Part shown: one piece after another, positions 58,220-64,000 of the stretch
Layout: each line of letters starts with the position of its first letter
Position numbering within the stretch: position 1 is the stretch's first letter
Program-made: the position numbers and the translations under genes
Assembly (NCBI GenBank): GCA_963696385.1
Contig: CAVOKF010000008.1
Location: 32,001 to 96,000 of the forward strand
Direction: 5' to 3'
Source: an uncultured delta proteobacterium
Lineage (GTDB): Bacteria; Myxococcota_A; Polyangia; Polyangiales; Polyangiaceae
Length of the DNA: 64,000 nt
The notes under the pieces: model-generated
Database searches by the model: none
Told to the model about the DNA's origin: nothing
What the model saw: the letters and a program-made list of their open reading frames with translations, nothing else

Positions 58220-60871
58220 ATGGTGCTCCACTTTGCAGAACGTCCGTGGACGGGCGGTCGCGCCCAGGTTCGGAGCGTGCTGGTCGGCTGGGTCCTGCGG
58301 GGGTGGCGCTCGCGCGCGCGGCCCTTGCCCTTCGCGGTCGCATTGGCGCTCCTCGTTGCAGGCCGGCCGCGGTTCGCCCCCGTGGGATCGGCGGCGAGCT
58401 CCGAGGCAACCTTGGCGGCGGCCTTGTCGTCACGCGGCCTGGCGTGCAACTCGAACGACGTGACGTGGCTGCCCTCGCCGCGCACTCTCGGAAGGGCGCT
58501 TTGGGGCGGCGCGCGTGCCCTGGTCCGCGCCAGCCCGACGGGCGAGCCGAGCGACCTTTACCTGGTCGAAGCGCGACTCTCTCCCGAAGGAGCCGTCCTC
58601 GACGTCGGAACCGCGTGGAACATTACCGAAACGAGCGGGGTCGACGAGTCGCGCCCGACGCTGCGGGACCGCACCGCCGTGTACACGACGAGCTCCGACG
58701 GCCTGATGACGGGAGTGCACGTCCTCGACCTCGCCGGCTTCGAGCCAGACGCCGGCTTTTCGGCCTTGCAACGAGCGCAAGTCGCCCTGACCAACTTGGA
58801 GCAAACCGGACAGGCGGCCGGCGTCACGCACACCGCCTTCGCTTTCGATCCGATTGCCCGCGACGGTTCCGTCGTGTGGCGGCCCGACGGCGTCGTCGAG
58901 GCCCACGCGGACGGCCACGTCGTGCTCATCGATCCGATTCAGAAGAGAATCGTCGCCGGCGCGGGATTCGTGCGCGTCGTTCCCGACGAGCATGCGCGGC
59001 CCGGCAGCCTCGTCAACTGGGCGGTCGATCGGGTTCGGGCCCTCTCCTGGTTCGGCGACGACCGAATGCAATGGATCAAGGCCGTCGCGTTCACGGCTGC
59101 CGACACGTTGCACTCGAGCGTGTTCACCCACACCACGGCCGACGAGGTTTCGAGCGAGCTTGGTCGGATCGCGACGGGCGCGTCACGCACCCCTTTCACC
59201 AATCCCGAGACGGGCTGGCCCCCGGCTCCCATGGCTCCGATTGTGTCGCCGCCGCTGCCCGGGGAAGGTCGGTGGATTGCCCTCGACGAGGATCCGTTCA
59301 TCACGCCGTCTGCAGACGGTACGGCTCCGCCCTTCGTCACGTCGTTCATCCGGCCGGACGCCCAGCGCCAAGATGTCCGCGTGTACGTGACCCTTTGGGA
59401 TCCACGCCTCGTGAGTCTGCACATGGAGGCGGGCACGGTCGAACCGGTCAGCGCCAATGGCGAGCGCGGGTCGGGCATGATTGCGCGAACCCCCGAGGTC
59501 ATCGGCCGCGTGGTGGCCGCCTTCAACGGCGGATTTCAGGCTCAGCACGGCGAATACGGAATGCAAGCCAACGGCATCCAGTATCTGCCACCGAAGCCGT
59601 ACGCCGCCACCGTCGCCGAACTTCGCGATGGGTCGACCGCGTTCGGAGCATGGCCCGACTCAGCCGTCGTACCCGACGATGTCGTCGCGTTCCGCCAGAA
59701 TCTCACCCCGCTCGTGCAGGACGGAAAGTTCAACCCGTGGGGACGCACCTGGTGGGGTGGCACGCCGCCCGGTTGGCCCGACCAAATTCACGCGACGCGG
59801 AGCGCCATCTGCCTCACGTCGGATGGCTTCGTGGGCTATTTCTACAGTGCCAGCATCTCGGCGGACGACCTCGCCCAGGGCATGCTCGCGGCGCGTTGCT
59901 CGTTTGGAATTCACCTCGACATGAATCCCGGGCACGCCGGCTTCGAATTCTACGACGTGGCGCCCGCGGGGCATCTGCGTCCGCTCTTGCGACGGCTGCA
60001 AAGCGATTGGGAAGCCGAAGGGCGCGTGCCCGACATGGCCGGTTATGCGTTCCGATCGCGCCGCATGATTCGCAGCATGGGCCATATGCTCTTTCCTCGC
60101 TACATCCAACGAGAGGCGCGCGATTTCTTCTATCTGACCCTGCGTCCGACGTTGCCGGGTGCTCCCATCGCGTCCAGCGCCAGCCCGTCCCCCGATTCGC
60201 AGGAAGGTGTGTGGCGCACCCACGGGTTGCCGCAACACGGGTTTCCGTCTGCGGTGGCCACGACGTGGGTGCGAATCGATGCGACGCATCCCGACCTCAA
60301 AGTGCACGTCATCCGCGCCGATCCACACGCCATGGCACCGTTCGACCGCGCTTCGGGCAATCAGCCGACGGTTCTCGCACTCTCGGCTCCGCTGCGCGGA
60401 GCGCTCACGCTCTGGTGGTCGCCCGGGGTGTTCGCCATCGGTGCCACCGCTCCGCCGAACGACTCGTTCGCCGTCATCGCAGGCCAACCGTTCGACGATC
60501 CGCGCGCCCAATCCGCGAGGGCGGCCGTTGGCGTCGCGGATGCCGACGGAACCCTCGTATGGGCGGAGATCGGCCCGGGCCATGCTCCCGAGGCGCCCCC
60601 CTCCGCGCTGGACGCGTTGCTCGAACGACTGGGCTGCTCGGCGCGCATGGCCGTAACGGGCGACTCGCATGCTTTCCTGGGCGGCGATCTCGACGTCGCC
60701 GGCGATGCCGTGGCGCAGCCGCCGCCCGCGGTCGCCCGGCTGGTCCGCGCTCGAGCTCCGGACGCCCATCCCATTTTTTTGGACACGCCCATCGTGCCGA
60801 TTCGCGTTTGGCAACCGCTTCAAGCCAAGCGGATCCGATACTTTTACAAGCCGGCGCCAACGGCCCCTTGA
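58220..60871 (+). CDS. Large exported protein with phosphodiester-glycosidase (NAGPA/DUF2233)-like domain
   Basis: AAFNGGF, RSAI, IHLDMN; degenerate second copy (RAAVG); start codon uncertain. Confidence 0.65.
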   Translation: MVLHFAERPWTGGRAQVRSVLVGWVLRGWRSRARPLPFAVALALLVAGRPRFAPVGSAASSEATLAAALSSRGLACNSNDVTWLPSPRTLGRALWGGARALVRASPTGEPSDLYLVEARLSPEGAVLDVGTAWNITETSGVDESRPTLRDRTAVYTTSSDGLMTGVHVLDLAGFEPDAGFSALQRAQVALTNLEQTGQAAGVTHTAFAFDPIARDGSVVWRPDGVVEAHADGHVVLIDPIQKRIVAGAGFVRVVPDEHARPGSLVNWAVDRVRALSWFGDDRMQWIKAVAFTAADTLHSSVFTHTTADEVSSELGRIATGASRTPFTNPETGWPPAPMAPIVSPPLPGEGRWIALDEDPFITPSADGTAPPFVTSFIRPDAQRQDVRVYVTLWDPRLVSLHMEAGTVEPVSANGERGSGMIARTPEVIGRVVAAFNGGFQAQHGEYGMQANGIQYLPPKPYAATVAELRDGSTAFGAWPDSAVVPDDVVAFRQNLTPLVQDGKFNPWGRTWWGGTPPGWPDQIHATRSAICLTSDGFVGYFYSASISADDLAQGMLAARCSFGIHLDMNPGHAGFEFYDVAPAGHLRPLLRRLQSDWEAEGRVPDMAGYAFRSRRMIRSMGHMLFPRYIQREARDFFYLTLRPTLPGAPIASSASPSPDSQEGVWRTHGLPQHGFPSAVATTWVRIDATHPDLKVHVIRADPHAMAPFDRASGNQPTVLALSAPLRGALTLWWSPGVFAIGATAPPNDSFAVIAGQPFDDPRAQSARAAVGVADADGTLVWAEIGPGHAPEAPPSALDALLERLGCSARMAVTGDSHAFLGGDLDVAGDAVAQPPPAVARLVRARAPDAHPIFLDTPIVPIRVWQPLQAKRIRYFYKPAPTAP

Positions 60872-61147
60872 GCGACGCGAGGTCGGCGGGGGCCACCCGC
60901 GAGCACCCCAAGCGGTGCCCCGAGCCTTGGCGCCGAGCGATCGGCCCCGCGTAACGGCTCGCGCATCCGGGTGAGCGGCGCTAACGTGCCGGCGTCGAAG
61001 GTCCACCGTTTTCAGGTAGCGCTGCCCGAGACAACGAGGAGCGTCGGCGAGGGAGTCTGCATGGCGATGCACGGCCGTGCTTCCCACCTTCCTGGGGCTC
61101 GCGAGGGATGCGATGGTATTGTAAGTGGGCGGCAGGAGACTCGTGCC

Positions 61148-63022
61148 ATGGCACAGAACGACAAGGGCGGATCGGACCTCGACGTCTTCGAGGGCCTCGG
61201 TAAAAAGGGCGGCTCCTCGCACCCGCCCGCGGGTGCGCACAGCGCCCCGCCGCCTCCTCCATCGGCGCGCCCCCCTTCCGAAGCGGTGGGCAAGCGGACT
61301 TTGCTCGGCATCCCGGCGCCCACCCTCGGAGGCCCTTCGCCAAGCCCCCCGGTACGGACTCCCCCGCCCCCTCCGGGCCGGTCCACGCTGCCCCCGGTTG
61401 TGACGTCGTCGAAGGCGACCGCGCCCCAGCCGACCCAGCCCAGGTCCTCGTCGGTCGCCACCACCACCGCCGGCGTCGACGTCGAATGGGACGATGAAGA
61501 CGAAGCGACTCAAATCTTCGACGAAAGCCGCGACTCGCAGGGCGCCCGATCCGCTGCGATCGCGGCGGCCACAGCCGCGGCCGCTGCAAAGCCTGCTTCG
61601 GGCGCAGCCGCCGGCAAAGTCACGCTCTTGGGAGTTACGGCCCCATCGTTTTCGCCCCTTCCTCCTCCGCCCGGTTTTCCGCCTCCGACGAGTTCTCTTC
61701 CGCCACCGCCCGTGACGCAGCCGGGACTCGGCCTTCCGCGTTCGCCGGTGTCGACGATCCCGCCGCGCGGGTCCTTCGGTCCCCCGCCCGTCTTCATGCC
61801 TGCCCAAGCCGGGCTCCCCGGATCCGGAACGGTCCACGAACACCTCGAGTCGCACGCAGGTGCGATGGAGTCCACGGCCCTGCTGCGCCCGCAGAGCAGC
61901 CGGACGGGGCTCTGGATCGTGGTCGGGCTTGCCGCCGCGGCCCTGCTGGCGGTCTCCGTCGTCTTTCTCGGCGCCCCGCACACCGGCCAGATCGTGGTCA
62001 ACGTGAACGACGCCAAGGGGGCCGCGATGAGCCACGTCGACATTTTCGTCGACGGGCGAAAGCAATGCGACTCCGCGCCGTGTCTCGTCGACCAAGTGGC
62101 CAACGGGTCGCACGAGGTCAAAGTGGTCGCCGAAGGCTTCAACCAACCGGCCATTCAGAACGTGTCGGTCGAAGGGCGTAAGCAGGCCGCCGCCAGCTTC
62201 ACGTTGAGCGCGCCCAAGGGATCGGGGCTCAAGGCATCCGGCACTCAGCCCGGCGTGAAACTCTACGTGGACGGCAAAGAAATCGGCCCGTTGCCCCAAG
62301 AGGTGTACGAATTGTCGCCCGGAGACCACATCGTCAAAGTGGCCGGCTCCGAGCGCTACGAGTCGATCGAAAAGCACGTCACGATCGACCGCGACCAGAT
62401 CGTCGATCTCGGCAACCTGACGCTCAAGGTGCTGCACGGCAAAGCCACGATTACGCTGGCGACCCCGGGGGCGCGCGTATCCATCGTGAGCGGAACCGAT
62501 CGTCGTGAGCTGCCGATGCTACCGATTTCGGTCGACATCGACACGACGAAGGCGTGGTCGCTCGAGGCCAGTCGCCCCGGATACGAGGACTACCACCAGC
62601 CGATTAGCTTCGATGACGGTCAGGCCGAAAAGTCCATCGCCATCGCGCTGGTCGCGAAAACCCAGAGTGCGCCGCCGGTCGTCTACTACGGGCCCGCCAC
62701 TCCGGCTGCCGCGCCCGCGGCTCTGCCCCCCCCCGCACCGGCGCCAGCCCCCGTTTCTGCCCCTGCCCCGCAACCCCAGGCCGCAGCGGCGCCCGCCCCC
62801 GCTGCGGAGGCAGGCGAGGCATTTCTCAACATCAACTCGATCCCGCCGTCGACGTGCTTCGTCGACGGCCGCTCGCTCGGCAGCACGCCGCGCATTCACG
62901 TCGCGGTCAAGGCAGGGACTCACACCGTCAGGTTCATCAACGCCGATCAGGGGCTGACCAAGACGATTTCGGTCTCGGTCAACGCCGGCGAAACGAAGCC
63001 GGCGGTCGCAAAACTGAACTGA
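61148..63022 (+). CDS. PEGA-domain membrane protein with Pro-rich N-terminus
   Basis: AGGAG RBS; WDDEDEAT motif, TM helix, repeated VDG..G..P..GxH units. Confidence 0.85.
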   Translation: MAQNDKGGSDLDVFEGLGKKGGSSHPPAGAHSAPPPPPSARPPSEAVGKRTLLGIPAPTLGGPSPSPPVRTPPPPPGRSTLPPVVTSSKATAPQPTQPRSSSVATTTAGVDVEWDDEDEATQIFDESRDSQGARSAAIAAATAAAAAKPASGAAAGKVTLLGVTAPSFSPLPPPPGFPPPTSSLPPPPVTQPGLGLPRSPVSTIPPRGSFGPPPVFMPAQAGLPGSGTVHEHLESHAGAMESTALLRPQSSRTGLWIVVGLAAAALLAVSVVFLGAPHTGQIVVNVNDAKGAAMSHVDIFVDGRKQCDSAPCLVDQVANGSHEVKVVAEGFNQPAIQNVSVEGRKQAAASFTLSAPKGSGLKASGTQPGVKLYVDGKEIGPLPQEVYELSPGDHIVKVAGSERYESIEKHVTIDRDQIVDLGNLTLKVLHGKATITLATPGARVSIVSGTDRRELPMLPISVDIDTTKAWSLEASRPGYEDYHQPISFDDGQAEKSIAIALVAKTQSAPPVVYYGPATPAAAPAALPPPAPAPAPVSAPAPQPQAAAAPAPAAEAGEAFLNINSIPPSTCFVDGRSLGSTPRIHVAVKAGTHTVRFINADQGLTKTISVSVNAGETKPAVAKLN

Positions 63023-63040
63023 ACGGTCGGTCGACAGCCC

Positions 63041-64000
63041 ATGGCCGGGTCGGCGCCCAAACCGCATATCCTGGTCGTCGACGACGAGCCGGGGCTGCGC
63101 GACATGCTGGCTATTTTTTTCAAGCGCGAAGCGATGGACGTCACGATTGCCCCCGGCTTCGCCCAGGGGCGCGATGCCGTGGTGCACGCGCCGGAACCGT
63201 ACGCGATCGTCTTGACCGATTTGCTCATGCCGGATGGCAACGGCTTGGACCTGATCTCGCTCGTCAAGCAGAGGACCGCGCGCACCGAGGTGATCGTGAT
63301 GACGGCGCACGGCCAGGTCGAGACGGCCATCGAAGCGATGAAGCGCGGCGCGTACGACTTCGTCACCAAGCCGTTCGCCACGAGCGAGCTTCGCGCCATC
63401 GTGCACAAGGCGCTCGAAAAGCGCGCGATCGTGACGGAAAACGAGAGGCTTCGCGCCCAGCTGCTGCGCGAGCGCGGCCACGAGATCCTCGGGCACTCCG
63501 AGCCGATGCGTCGCATCTTCGACATGGTCCAGCGAATCGCGCCCGCACGGACGACCGTTCTCATCACCGGCGAAAGCGGGACGGGCAAAGAACGTATTGC
63601 CCGCGCCATCCACGAGGCGAGCGACCGCCGGGACAAGCGCATGCTGGTCGTCAACTGCGGAGCCATTCCGGAGAATCTCATCGAGGCGGAGCTCTTCGGC
63701 CACGAACGCGGAGCGTTCACGGGCGCCGTGTCGAGCCGACTCGGGCTGTTTCGCGAGGCGGAGGGCGGAACCATTCTGCTCGACGAGGTGGCCGATCTGC
63801 CGCTCGCGTTGCAAGTCAAACTGCTCCGAGTGTTGCAGGAGAGAAAGGTGCGCACTCTCGGGGGCTCCGCGGAACTGCCGGTGGACGTGCGCGTGCTCGC
63901 CGCCACCAATCGCAACGTCGAGGAGGACGTCCGCGCCGGGCGCTTTCGACAGGATCTTTATTATCGTCTCAACGTCATTCGCGTTCAGGTGCCGCCGTTA
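63041..64000 (+). CDS. Sigma-54-dependent response regulator (NtrC/PilR family), 3' end outside window
   Basis: ILVVDDE, TDLLMP, GESGTGKE, ELFGHERGAFTGA, FRQDLYYRLNV (not in ORF track because it is open at the window end). Confidence 0.93.
   Translation, partial: MAGSAPKPHILVVDDEPGLRDMLAIFFKREAMDVTIAPGFAQGRDAVVHAPEPYAIVLTDLLMPDGNGLDLISLVKQRTARTEVIVMTAHGQVETAIEAMKRGAYDFVTKPFATSELRAIVHKALEKRAIVTENERLRAQLLRERGHEILGHSEPMRRIFDMVQRIAPARTTVLITGESGTGKERIARAIHEASDRRDKRMLVVNCGAIPENLIEAELFGHERGAFTGAVSSRLGLFREAEGGTILLDEVADLPLALQVKLLRVLQERKVRTLGGSAELPVDVRVLAATNRNVEEDVRAGRFRQDLYYRLNVIRVQVPPL

Noticed and set aside
48551..62437. Long antisense or alternate-frame ORFs (e.g. 48551-50941, 59660-62437; likewise 1181-2695, 26861-28771)
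   Set aside because: Shadow ORFs typical of high-GC DNA, overlapping well-supported genes and lacking motifs

Overview
GC-rich chromosomal window from what looks like a myxobacterium (Myxococcota, Polyangiaceae-like). This is inferred from the eukaryote-like Ser/Thr kinases, PEGA and TPR proteins and the sigma-54 regulator. Much of it is housekeeping: parB (partial), folD, lgt, lspA, ileS, thiG, thiE-like, rpsB-tsf, gatCA, truB, glnD, tRNA-Leu(CAG), pyrC, carA, rimO. Two lipid-related systems stand out. (1) A phosphate-uptake operon, phoR-[GT21]-pstB-pstS-pstC-pstA-phoU-porin, carries a ceramide-glucosyltransferase/HpnI-family gene that overlaps pstB (ATGA) and follows a three-repeat Pho-box-like site. 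This suggests phosphate-starvation glycolipid remodelling. (2) A compact cluster of fatty acyl-AMP ligase, three ACPs, an active ketosynthase, an inactive CLF-like ketosynthase and a PLP alpha-oxoamine synthase could make a sphingoid or aminolipid backbone. IleRS has a KESKS motif followed by a ~105-aa insertion. The window has several unrelated tandem arrays and palindromic repeats, some built from gene 3' ends, and an att-like scar at tRNA-Leu. Three genes are frameshifted; two of the shifts are the same GATC->GATTC insertion and are probably sequencing artefacts. No CRISPR array, transposase or integrase was seen. All protein calls come from motif recognition by eye, not from database searches.
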